Under the pieces are notes generated by a model that was not told where the DNA came from, did no database searches, and saw nothing but the letters and a program-made list of their open reading frames with translations. Shown one piece after another: positions 1 through 9,861 of a DNA stretch of 64,000 nt. The position numbers and the translations under genes are program-made. Numbering within the stretch: position 1 is the stretch's first letter; each line of letters begins with the position of its first letter. The stretch covers positions 608,001 through 672,000 of the forward strand of contig CM000430.1 of assembly GCA_000165345.1 (NCBI GenBank). Direction: 5' to 3'.

Positions 1-455
1 TTAATTATTCTCTGTTACTTTGCTTTATATTTTACCCAAGACAAGAAAATCCGTATAAAATTTTAAATATTAAATATTTAATAATAAACAAATAATCAAT
101 TTAGCTTTGAAAAAAGTTTAAAAATTATTTAAATCTTAACCTTTTTAGACTAGGTATTTATTGGTACAAGATAAACTTATTTGAATAAATTTGCCGCAGT
201 CATGTCTACATAATCTATTGATTCCGCCTTTGTGTAAACAAAATATTAAATAAATTTACGCATAATATTATTTAGACTAACGATTTGAAAACAAATTAAA
301 ATAAACAATTTGATATTATAGTTAACTATTAGTATCAATTATTTTATTACAAGTACATTTCAAATATATTTCTTTTAAGCTTCGTTTATACATACGCAGG
401 TCTATTTTATAAGCCACACTTTTAGGCGGTCACTTATGGCGGCAAATGTGGGAAT

Positions 456-3400
456 TCAGTGCATCAAAGAAATACACAGTGGGCATGTAGTTTTGTTTGA
501 CGTTCTGAACCATTTGTAAATACACTCAGAGTGGAAAATATTGTTACATGTATGGCATCTTTTTCTCGGCAATGACCTGTATTGGGGATGCACAATTGAA
601 TAGCAGATAAGGCAGTCTTCCACGCCATCCAAGTATAAGGATAAATTATTTATCCACGTTAGAATGGCGTGAGTGACATTTTTGTACCTAACAGCTTTAA
701 TGACAGAAATGAGCCAGTTAGAATTTTGTTTCTTAGACACTCCAACAACACTTGGGATATTCACTTTCGGAATAACTAATGGATGATGTTGGGAGAAAGT
801 AAAAGAGAGCGTCGCAGTGAATCCACGCTCAGAATAGCTCATTTTAATTGCCCTAGATGATACATTATGATCAAATGTGATTTTCCTATCTGGGTTTGAC
901 ATTTTCTCAATAATTAGAGGGATATGATTGAGTTCTATTGGGATAATGATAGGCGAAAAGTAGTTAATTACCAATTTTTGTAGAATAGCTTGAGTTTTAT
1001 TATTAGAATTGCGCAACCATATTTCGCGTAGTATTCTTGGGAAATATGTAGTTAGAGAGAGAATTATCCTAGTGGCCAGAAGCCATGTAAAATATAGGTT
1101 GCTTGAGTCCCATACCATTGATTCTGAATTTGAGTTTGGGTCCAACTGAAGGATCTCCTCGAGGTTAGCAGTAAGTAATTTGCGTCTTTCATTGTTTGAA
1201 GAATGTTTGAATAATGCCAGCCAGTTTGTTTGAGAATTAATCATTTTGTTAGAGTATGATTCTATGGAATTACCTGTTTCTTCGACTCTGATGTGATCCT
1301 CCAAAATTACCAGTGTTTGAAAAGCAAGCTCAACCAAAACATGAATTAAGGACAGTTTAATGGTTTTTTGCGTGATTTCTAGAACATCAGAGGCATCTAA
1401 AATATCCACCAAGCCGGAAAACGTTGTATTTTTTAAAACTATCTCATCTTGAATTAATTCTGAGCTTTTTCTTCCTTTAACAAAGAATTGCAATGCCTGG
1501 CAAATAGAAACATCTTCGTCTTCTAGATACGAAGGAAGGAAGTCGCTATTGACCTCAGATTTAAGATTCACTTGTTTTTCTCTGACCGCTTCTCCTATTA
1601 CTATTGGGTTTAACTCTAATAATGATTCAATACAAGGGGTTAAGTTCTTCTCTATAGTTTTAATGTTTGGGTTTTCTTTATCAGTGCAAATAACAAAATC
1701 CTCGGAAATCAATTTTGGTAAAATGAAATTCCAGCATCCTAATCTTTGCGAAGCATCTATGTATATTGAATTCAAAAAGCTTAAGCTTCCAGAAATTTCT
1801 GTTGAAGGATCATCTTTTTTTTCAAAATAAGACACGTTAATTGCGCTAAAGTATGTTTCCAATAGCTGTTGAGCTAAAGAAGGTCCAATCAGTCTTCTCC
1901 AGTGAGAAGCTATTACTTCTATCCCTCTTTCAAAGTTTTCTGAGTCAGAATCTAAAATTAATGGTTTTCTTTCAGGATTATTAAGGCATTCAGAGGTATT
2001 CGTTTCATGATTTATATTTGCATGTAAAGTTTCATATTTATCTTCTTGTTCATCCTGGTCTTGATCTTCAATTTCATCAAAATCGCTATCTTTATTCTTA
2101 GATATTAAATATTCCCTTATGCAGTGATCAAGCTTCTCTATACTAGATATGGCACTGTTTAAATCAGAGTATTCATATTGTACGTTATGCCAATTATGCT
2201 CTTTTAATATTAATAATACAAGCGAGTGAAGCTTTAATGAGTTTGTGGTTAATAATTTTGAAATTTCCATAGCATTTCCCTTAATGTTACCTAATTTTGA
2301 CTCAAGAACGGCCAAAATCCACATTTTCCCAGTATCTTCTGAATTCTTTAATATTACCATTTGTTCAATAAATATTCTCAATCCTGTATCAACTGTAAAA
2401 TTGTTTTTAGACATTAATACAGTTGAGAGCAGCCCCAAAAATTTGTCGAAAGTGCTCAAAACATTTGTCTCTAGCTGAATTGTAACACTTGTAAATCTAT
2501 GTTCATCTGGTATTGTTTCTCCTTCTGGATATAATTTGAGTCTTTGATAAATACTGCAGGAAAGTTTAATAGTATTTAGTACCAGATATTGAATAGTAAT
2601 TGAATACTCATTCAACTTTTTGGCTGTTTTTGTGTTATTATATATTTCTGAAGTCGAAATTTCAAAGAATTTCCCAACTAAATAATGAATAGATGAAGAA
2701 AGTCTAATCATTAATTTAGAAATTTCTAAATTACCATACTGAAATTCAAGCTCAATATTATCTTGAATATCTTTTCCTTGAATGTAATTTGTCAAATATT
2801 CTTCGAACAATTCAATTAGGACTGCCATTAGATTGCATAGTCCAAATAAATTGTACATATTTAGTGAGTTAGTATTGCCTAAATTACTCAATTCCTCTGC
2901 TAAAGCTTCTATAAGTGTCATTATTATATCTATATCAGATTCTATTTTGTATTCTGGAAGACCCTCATCAATAATAATAGCTTTAGCACAATGTATTAAG
3001 CGAGTTATTTTCATATAATTCTTCTCTTTGAATTCTGACAAATTTTTCATTTCAATATTGAATTCATCTAAAATTCTCTTTGATAATTCAGAGTATGCTT
3101 CTGGTAATTCTATGCCTCGCTGTTTAATCTTGATTAATGACAAAAATAAAGAAATTGAGTTGCTCTCAAATATATTAGAATATAAATAGTCAATAATTAT
3201 TGAAAGATATTCATTTTTCATCCTCTCATTGTCACTCATTAGTTCAAATAAATAAACATAGAAATCACTTGCTAAAGTCATAATGAATCTTGATTCTGGT
3301 TTACTATATTCTCCGAGAATGAATTGTGCAGTATTACTAATTTGTTGAAAATCAGGCAAATGATGTATTTGTTCAGATACCAAGTATTGCGAAAATTGTA

Positions 3401-6400
3401 AAATTAAAGAACTAATCTCCTCACTTTCAGAAATGAATTCACTAATGTTGAATAACGTTAAAAACAATTCTTTATCTAGGCTTATCTCTTTTGAACATGA
3501 AAGCAGCTTAATAGATTCTTCAGAAATAAAGAGATGCTTTACTGTGTAGATTATTAGCCAATAGCTAATCTTTGGATCTTTAATGTTATCAAAGTTATTC
3601 AAATTTAATTCTGAAGTGGAAAAATCAGCTACTTCCTTAAATACTCTTAAGAATCTTCGAATTTTAAAACCCGTTTCAAATACATCTTTTTGTAAGCACA
3701 CACTTTGATTAGTTATTGAACTGTTTAAACAAGCCAAAATTCTCACAAGTCTTTTGAACAAAATTTCATTTTCAGAACTCTCCTTATAGCAGGTGTTTGA
3801 TGCTTCTATGCCTTTGTTTGAACTCCTGTCAATTAAAAGAGTTAGTTTAAAAATAGATATAACTTTATTATCGCGAATCTCATCACCAATACTAAATACC
3901 TCAAAAAGAAGAATCTTTTCCAGCCTTGAAATTTCGGCTCTGAATCTTGAATTAATCAAATTGTGGCTTTTTGAAAAAATAGAATCAATAAAAGGGATCA
4001 AAATATTTCTAGATTTTGGATTCTCAAACCAAAAATCATTATCTGAGTATATTAGTATAGATAAAAGCTCATTAACAAAATCCTCAGAAATAATACTGTC
4101 ACTATTGATTAAATTAATTAATAAAACTCCAATCTGTGACGCTTCTTTTATATTTGAATTTGAGATTAATTTGTTTGTAAGAGTTGACTTGAGCTCCATT
4201 ATAACTAGGTTCATTAAAAAATCTGAAAAGGAATTTGATTGATTAACAAGTGAGGTTTTACTCAATTCCACAAACAAATGAATGTAGCACTCCTTGAAAT
4301 CTAATCTGTAGGAATTCTCACCATTTATGTTGCTTTCTTTATTCTTTCTAATCGCTTTGTCAGTCTTGATATTGTGTTTTTGAGAAAAAGAGAATATCTT
4401 GTAAATTCTATCTAATATGTTTGCATTAACCTGGGGGAACACTTTGCATACTGCTTCCAAAAAAAGTTGTGATAAAGATGTCTCTTTTTCTGTTAGCTGC
4501 TTATATAAGAAAGATTCTATCGTGATGGATGTTAAAGAGTCTGTATTACCAATAATAATGGAAATCATTTTTTCTAGAACAGATCTTTCGTTAAGTTCCT
4601 TTTGAGAAAGAGCTAAAATAAAAGGCGTGAATATATTTTCCAAAATTTGGTATATAATATTAACTCTTTTAAAATTAGTTTCAAGTTGCTCTTTCGAAAG
4701 TATTTCTATCAAATCCGTAAACATATTTAAAAATAAACTAATAACTTGCTGGGAATTTTCTGTTTCTTTGCCATCAATTGGCTTAACGACTACTTCTGTA
4801 ACAGCTTTATTAATCAGCTTTGATCTTGTAGTAATAGTTTCACATTCGCAATCAACATTATTTCTATCCAGAAGATTAATATGTAAAAAGGTTTCATGTG
4901 ATGTTTCTTCAAGCCAGAGCAAAACATGATCAATAAATTCTGAGTCATGTTTATTGAGAATTGCACATAATTCCAAGAATATGATGATTCTGTAGGAGTT
5001 TTGGTTTGTTAATGATCCAGATCTAAGTGTTTGGTCTTTATTTGTTTGATTCATATAGAATCTAGTCCAATAACCAGTTAAAAAGTCATTTAAATTAGAG
5101 ATACAATGATTAAGGTTCCTTTCCCTACACTGTTCTACTGACCAGCTGTGATATTGTAAGGAATCTATCATCATGTTTGAAAATTGTTCATTGATTTTAA
5201 ATTGAGCTTTGGAGTGGATTGATGAATTAGTAGAACTTGAAGCAGTTTTGTTAGTTGTAAGAATGAAAATTACTGGACTCCAAATGATCTTTGCGTAGTA
5301 GTTAATTAGAAATTCTTTAAGTTTAAATTGGTTTTCGTCAATTTTAATAAACTTTTTGTGTAAGAAATGCAACAAAATTGTGTAATAACTTTCTAGTGAG
5401 CAGTTTAATAAGACAGTATTTGGAGTTCCTATAGATATTACAATGGAACCACTTTCAGGGTTTGAGGTAAACTTGACCAAATGTAAAACAATACCAAGAG
5501 GGATCAGGCAAAGTAAAGGTAAGCTATTATTTTGAATGCTTTCATATAAGAATGCCATGAGCTCATTAAATGTCTTAAAATAAAAATCTGGTTTATTTAT
5601 AATTTCATTTATTAGATATATTTCATTATTAAGATTTGAGAACTCATCTAATAGAACCTGAAATGGGATGTTTGATATTATATATGGCAATTCAGAAAAC
5701 AATGAGCGACCACTTATTTGATTAGGGTTACTTAGACACATCAATAAAGTTTTTGTAAAGTATTTAATCGGAGAACCAAATAACTTATTAGGGCCTTGAT
5801 TCCAAATTTCTGGAAATAATTTTGAAAAAGCGGAAATAAGATTTGGAGAAACAGCTTGAACATTGGAATTAGATGTGTCACTTAGGCACTTGAGAGCATC
5901 AGTGAAGAGTTTAGAGATGGGGGGAGTATGATTTGATAAATTATTAATATTCTCGGGATAACTCAGTTTAAGTTGATTTAGGATGATAGTCATTGAATAT
6001 GTCAAAAGCTGAATGGCATCTACCCTGATAATGCTACTGTAATTACCTGTGATAAACTTCCACAGGGTGCCCATTTGCAAGGTATTCCAAGAAAAACTAG
6101 CTTTTGATTTTTCAAGAATTTGGCTTACCACTGGAGGGAGTGAATTGAAAATTAGATGAGATGCGATTTGAAAGGAAATCAAAGAAGACGACTCGCTTTG
6201 CATAGCTTCCATAACTTTTCTAACAGATGTAATAGAAATAGATATGATTCGGTCAAATAGCTCTTCCTCTTCTGATTGTGATGAAACATTTGCATTTAAT
6301 TCACCTTTAATATTCTTTAAATTACAGCTTAGCAACCTTCCGTATAAATCAAACATTGATATTAAACAGAAATTTATTATTTTAACCATTTTTTCTGGCC

Positions 6401-6944
6401 TGTCTTTCCCAATTAGTGCCTCCAAGAAGTCTGAAGCAGATTTTGATACATCTGGCTTGAGATCATTGCAAGAAAGCCAAAGAGCAGGAAAAAAAAGTTT
6501 GCAAAACTTCTCTAATCTCTTCCCACCAACAATTTTGTGTAGAAGAGACAAGCATTCATTTGAAAGCCTTCTTATTTTTACATCTGAATCATACACACCA
6601 ACCCTGATATATATATAAGTATAGTTAGAAAGAACAGGCTCCCAAACTATTTCTTGATCAGGGGTTTCGAGAAGATGAGAAAGTTGCTCTTTAAATGCTA
6701 CCAGTCCTTTCATTCTAGTCAAAACATCTTTCTTAGACATATTGGTAAAAATTGGGACGAAGGAAGAGTGAAGGGAAGATATGGTTAGTTGTTCTTTGGT
6801 ATGAAGTGCATCGGGGTCGCCTAATGGAACGTTAAACTCGGAAAAAATTCCCCATAAAGATGTTGCAACTCCTACCCGGCCCTCGCCTAGCAGAGATATA
6901 GCTTTTGAGCTATTAATTGAACTTTTAAATTTCTCTTTTGCCAT
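456..6944 (-). CDS. LTN1: Listerin/LTN1-type E3 ubiquitin ligase (ribosome quality control), 2162 aa, single exon
   Basis: Uninterrupted 6.5-kb ORF starting at a true ATG (6944). The N-terminal block MAKEKFKSS...LLGEG resembles listerin N-termini. The long HEAT/ARM-like body ends in a C-terminal RING (CLICYS...CHTCNNIFHSECIYKW...CPLC) at the extreme C-terminus, as in LTN1/Rkr1. Confidence 0.8.
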   Translation of the reverse strand: MAKEKFKSSINSSKAISLLGEGRVGVATSLWGIFSEFNVPLGDPDALHTKEQLTISSLHSSFVPIFTNMSKKDVLTRMKGLVAFKEQLSHLLETPDQEIVWEPVLSNYTYIYIRVGVYDSDVKIRRLSNECLSLLHKIVGGKRLEKFCKLFFPALWLSCNDLKPDVSKSASDFLEALIGKDRPEKMVKIINFCLISMFDLYGRLLSCNLKNIKGELNANVSSQSEEEELFDRIISISITSVRKVMEAMQSESSSLISFQIASHLIFNSLPPVVSQILEKSKASFSWNTLQMGTLWKFITGNYSSIIRVDAIQLLTYSMTIILNQLKLSYPENINNLSNHTPPISKLFTDALKCLSDTSNSNVQAVSPNLISAFSKLFPEIWNQGPNKLFGSPIKYFTKTLLMCLSNPNQISGRSLFSELPYIISNIPFQVLLDEFSNLNNEIYLINEIINKPDFYFKTFNELMAFLYESIQNNSLPLLCLIPLGIVLHLVKFTSNPESGSIVISIGTPNTVLLNCSLESYYTILLHFLHKKFIKIDENQFKLKEFLINYYAKIIWSPVIFILTTNKTASSSTNSSIHSKAQFKINEQFSNMMIDSLQYHSWSVEQCRERNLNHCISNLNDFLTGYWTRFYMNQTNKDQTLRSGSLTNQNSYRIIIFLELCAILNKHDSEFIDHVLLWLEETSHETFLHINLLDRNNVDCECETITTRSKLINKAVTEVVVKPIDGKETENSQQVISLFLNMFTDLIEILSKEQLETNFKRVNIIYQILENIFTPFILALSQKELNERSVLEKMISIIIGNTDSLTSITIESFLYKQLTEKETSLSQLFLEAVCKVFPQVNANILDRIYKIFSFSQKHNIKTDKAIRKNKESNINGENSYRLDFKECYIHLFVELSKTSLVNQSNSFSDFLMNLVIMELKSTLTNKLISNSNIKEASQIGVLLINLINSDSIISEDFVNELLSILIYSDNDFWFENPKSRNILIPFIDSIFSKSHNLINSRFRAEISRLEKILLFEVFSIGDEIRDNKVISIFKLTLLIDRSSNKGIEASNTCYKESSENEILFKRLVRILACLNSSITNQSVCLQKDVFETGFKIRRFLRVFKEVADFSTSELNLNNFDNIKDPKISYWLIIYTVKHLFISEESIKLLSCSKEISLDKELFLTLFNISEFISESEEISSLILQFSQYLVSEQIHHLPDFQQISNTAQFILGEYSKPESRFIMTLASDFYVYLFELMSDNERMKNEYLSIIIDYLYSNIFESNSISLFLSLIKIKQRGIELPEAYSELSKRILDEFNIEMKNLSEFKEKNYMKITRLIHCAKAIIIDEGLPEYKIESDIDIIMTLIEALAEELSNLGNTNSLNMYNLFGLCNLMAVLIELFEEYLTNYIQGKDIQDNIELEFQYGNLEISKLMIRLSSSIHYLVGKFFEISTSEIYNNTKTAKKLNEYSITIQYLVLNTIKLSCSIYQRLKLYPEGETIPDEHRFTSVTIQLETNVLSTFDKFLGLLSTVLMSKNNFTVDTGLRIFIEQMVILKNSEDTGKMWILAVLESKLGNIKGNAMEISKLLTTNSLKLHSLVLLILKEHNWHNVQYEYSDLNSAISSIEKLDHCIREYLISKNKDSDFDEIEDQDQDEQEDKYETLHANINHETNTSECLNNPERKPLILDSDSENFERGIEVIASHWRRLIGPSLAQQLLETYFSAINVSYFEKKDDPSTEISGSLSFLNSIYIDASQRLGCWNFILPKLISEDFVICTDKENPNIKTIEKNLTPCIESLLELNPIVIGEAVREKQVNLKSEVNSDFLPSYLEDEDVSICQALQFFVKGRKSSELIQDEIVLKNTTFSGLVDILDASDVLEITQKTIKLSLIHVLVELAFQTLVILEDHIRVEETGNSIESYSNKMINSQTNWLALFKHSSNNERRKLLTANLEEILQLDPNSNSESMVWDSSNLYFTWLLATRIILSLTTYFPRILREIWLRNSNNKTQAILQKLVINYFSPIIIPIELNHIPLIIEKMSNPDRKITFDHNVSSRAIKMSYSERGFTATLSFTFSQHHPLVIPKVNIPSVVGVSKKQNSNWLISVIKAVRYKNVTHAILTWINNLSLYLDGVEDCLICYSIVHPQYRSLPRKRCHTCNNIFHSECIYKWFRTSNKTTCPLCISLMH

Positions 6945-7173
6945 TTATATTCTTGTAGTCACTAAGGCAAATAAAATTAAAATAGGCGGCGCCAAGGATT
7001 AAAACAAAAATCTAATTTTTAATTGACAAAGTTATCAAAGCCAGTAGTGAGCTAACACAAGCATATGCCTAGTTAGATATAAATCCCATTTACTTGTTTG
7101 AATTTTTAGATTTAAATTGACAATTAGAACTACTCTTTTCAAATATTAAAAGTTCACACTGACATGTTAGTAT

Positions 7174-7203
7174 ATAGGCGCCTATCTATGGCGCCTATAT
7201 AGG
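7174..7203. promoter_or_regulatory. Twin E2F-like GGCGCC boxes (GGCGCC-N7-TGGCGCC) in the divergent LTN1/PP5 promoter
   Basis: The sequence reads tatataGGCGCCtatctatGGCGCCtatatagg, and the first copy lies inside the 14-bp palindrome TATAGGCGCCTATA. It sits 120-230 bp from both start codons. Confidence 0.5.
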
Positions 7204-7323
7204 ACGAGTTTGTCCAACTGTGACGGAATTGGGGCGTAAGAACAATTACAGAAAAGTTTGGCATTTCTTGCCAGTAAATACAAGCTGCAAATAATAATTA
7301 ACTAAAGAAGAGAAGCAGGAAAG

Positions 7324-8901
7324 ATGTCTGATGAGAACACAAATTCCGTGAATGAATCAGTTTCTGAGCAATACAAAATCAAGGGAAATGAGTCTTTTAA
7401 ATCTGGCAAATATAACGAAGCTATTGAATATTATACATTGGCTATAAAAACCTCACAAGCTTCAAATGAAACCCAAAATAAAAACTTGCATATCTACTAT
7501 TCTAACAGAGCATTGTGTCACATTAGGCTGGAGAACTTTGGCTCAGCAATTGAGGATTCTGGGGAAAGTATCAAATGTTGCCCGAGTTTTTCAAAGGCAT
7601 ATTATAGAAGAGGTATTGCATATTTCAACTTGCTTAAATATTCCCTTGCAAGAAAAGATTTTATGATGGTTTTAAATTTAACTCAGAATGACAGAGATGC
7701 TCAATCAAAGATTCAAATTTGTACCAAATTAATCAAACAAGAAAAGTTTATGGATGCAATTTCAACTGATAGATCAAAATTGATACATGAGACTATAGAT
7801 TTCAGTGCGCCTGGTTTCGTGGTTTCTAATGATTATTCAGGGCCTCACTATAAACCTTTGGCGGATCATTCAAAATTTTCCCAATCAGGCAACGAAACTA
7901 ATTTGAAATCTAGAGAATTTGTTATACCTAAAGTGCCAGATGCTTCTCTTATTAGAGAGTCATTTGTTACTGAGCTAATTGACTTTTTAAAGAATCCAGA
8001 AAATAGGTTGCATAGAAAATACGCATATATGATTGTTTATGATTTAATACAAGTACTTAAAGAGGTTGCTTCTAAGCCACTAGTCAGAATTAATATTGGT
8101 AAACAGGAACATATTACTGTATGTGGAGATATCCATGGCCAGTTCTTTGATCTTTTGAATATTTTTGATATTAATGGTTTACCTTCTGTAAACAACGGGT
8201 ATTTGTTTAATGGAGATTTCGTAGATAGAGGGTCATTTTCTGTTGAAGTAATTCTTGTGCTTTTTACTTTAAAGATTATGTATCCATATCATGTACACTT
8301 GGCTAGAGGTAACCATGAAACAAAGAATTTGAACAAGTTGTATGGTTTTGAGGGAGAAGTCTTAGCAAAATATGACTCAGGTCTTTATGATTTGATTAGT
8401 GAAGCATTTTGTTTCCTTCCTTTGGCGCATGTTATTAATGATAAAGTTTTCGTAGTGCATGGAGGTCTTTGTTCAGAAGATAATGTAAAACTTAGTGACA
8501 TTGAACAGCTTTATTCTAGATGTGAGCCAGCTGATTCCGGATTTATGTCTTCATTACTTTGGTCTGATCCACAACAAAAGGAAGGAAGGTCTCCTTCTCC
8601 TAGAGGAGTGGGATGTAATTTTGGACCAGATGTAACGCTCAATTTTCTTAAAACTAATAACTTGGACTACATCATTAGAAGCCATGAAGTTAAACAAGAA
8701 GGTTATAGCGTTGATCATGATGGAAAATGTATTACAGTCTTTTCTGCACCAAATTATTGTGACTCTATGGGTAACAAAGGTGCATTTATAAAAATACACG
8801 AATACGACCTTAAACCTAACTTTGTTCAGTTCTATGCTGTTCCACACCCACCAGTTCCAGCAATGAAATATGCAAATTCTATGCTTTCATATGGAATGTA
8901 A
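7324..8901 (+). CDS. PPP5: Serine/threonine protein phosphatase 5 (N-terminal TPR repeats plus PPP catalytic domain), 525 aa
   Basis: ATG at 7324. The TPR region (YKIKGNESFKSGKYNEAIEYYTLAIK...AYYRRGIAYFNL) is followed by PPP catalytic motifs GDIHGQ, GDFVDRG, GNHE, HGG and the C-terminal SAPNYC. Confidence 0.9.
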   Translation: MSDENTNSVNESVSEQYKIKGNESFKSGKYNEAIEYYTLAIKTSQASNETQNKNLHIYYSNRALCHIRLENFGSAIEDSGESIKCCPSFSKAYYRRGIAYFNLLKYSLARKDFMMVLNLTQNDRDAQSKIQICTKLIKQEKFMDAISTDRSKLIHETIDFSAPGFVVSNDYSGPHYKPLADHSKFSQSGNETNLKSREFVIPKVPDASLIRESFVTELIDFLKNPENRLHRKYAYMIVYDLIQVLKEVASKPLVRINIGKQEHITVCGDIHGQFFDLLNIFDINGLPSVNNGYLFNGDFVDRGSFSVEVILVLFTLKIMYPYHVHLARGNHETKNLNKLYGFEGEVLAKYDSGLYDLISEAFCFLPLAHVINDKVFVVHGGLCSEDNVKLSDIEQLYSRCEPADSGFMSSLLWSDPQQKEGRSPSPRGVGCNFGPDVTLNFLKTNNLDYIIRSHEVKQEGYSVDHDGKCITVFSAPNYCDSMGNKGAFIKIHEYDLKPNFVQFYAVPHPPVPAMKYANSMLSYGM

Positions 8902-9075
8902 TCTATAATCTAACATAAATCTTAGAAGTCCTTTAATATGTCTTGGCTTAAGCTAGACTATATAAAATTAAAAACAATAATTAGAGTAGATTCCTAATTA
9001 AAAAATGAAAGAATGGTTTGTTAATATAATAATGCTTAATTATCTTTAGCCAATGAAAATTGCAATTCAACTATA

Positions 9076-9665
9076 CTACTGAATGGAATCATCTATAGGC
9101 CCCAAAAAGTCACTGTTCATCTCTGCCACGGCTGACAAAGTTTCATTGTTGACTCCCCTTAGCCTAAGTCTAACTTGTGAATTTTGTTTGATTTGAATTT
9201 GAGTTTTTGTATCTATATATATTCTACTGCTCTGACCATCGATTCCGCTTTTGTAGACCATATTTTCGGGTAAAGCTGACTGGCTTACAAAAACTCTTTT
9301 TAGAGGACCACAATCTACGATAACTCCTAATTCATTTACACTCTCAACAACCCCATCTACAACTTCTCCCTTAATTGGACGATAAACAATAGCCTGATAT
9401 TTCACAGGCACAATTATAAGCCCTGTGCTATCTTGCACTCTACCAGGTTGTTTTAAGATGATCTTGATCACACAAACAACGTATCCATAAGGAGGTGCTC
9501 GTTGTCCCTCGACCTGAGATTAAGTAATTATTCAAATCTAAAGTAACAATTTCATTTTAAACGTACCTGACTTCTTAAAATATCGTCTATATGCTCATTA
9601 TATCTCGGGCCAAGCTGGCTTGGCTTGACAGAAATATTTCTCCAAAGCTCCACAAAGAAAAACAT
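9076..9665 (-). CDS. RPB7: DNA-directed RNA polymerase II subunit Rpb7 (S1/OB fold); two exons join(9076..9513,9567..9665)
   Basis: Exon 1 (ATG at 9665, MFFFVELWRNISVKPSQLGPRYNEHIDDILRSQ) has the canonical MFF start of Rpb7. A 53-nt intron (GTACGT...TCTCAG, 9514..9566) is phase 0. Exon 2 continues VEGQRAPPYGYVVCV...YQAIVYRPIKGEVVDGVVESVNELGVIVDCGPLKRVFV, matching the Rpb7 core (YRAVVFKPFKGEVVDG...VGPMKVFV). The ORF-track entry 9076..9471 is the exon-2 part, called from a GTG pseudo-start. Confidence 0.75.
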
Positions 9666-9747
9666 TGTTTGAGATATCTCTCTTTAAAACCTGCCTTAAT
9701 CTCGATACCTCAGAATAATCTTTTTGCTCTGTAAATATTTAAAAGAA

Positions 9748-9769
9748 GGAGCGCCTGATTGTTGGCGCC
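9748..9769. promoter_or_regulatory. Bipartite E2F-like element GGAGCGCC-N8-GGCGCCAA in the divergent Rpb7 / 1104-aa-gene promoter
   Basis: ggagcgcctgattgttggcgccaattg is nearly the same composite element as the one at 17994. Confidence 0.5.
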
Positions 9770-9861
9770 AATTGTATTAATTTAATATTTAATAAGAATT
9801 ATTATGTAGCAAAATATTTTAAAAAGTATAAGACCAATAAGGGGCAAAGTTGATCATCAAT

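Noticed and set aside
1549-6618. Eight plus-strand ORFs of 60-150 aa inside the listerin gene (1549..1830, 2245..2478, 2833..3018, 3793..4242, 4417..4605, 4627..4929, 6244..6618).
   Set aside because: They are antisense to a conserved 2162-aa ORF. AT-rich antisense strands generate such ORFs by chance. None has a motif.
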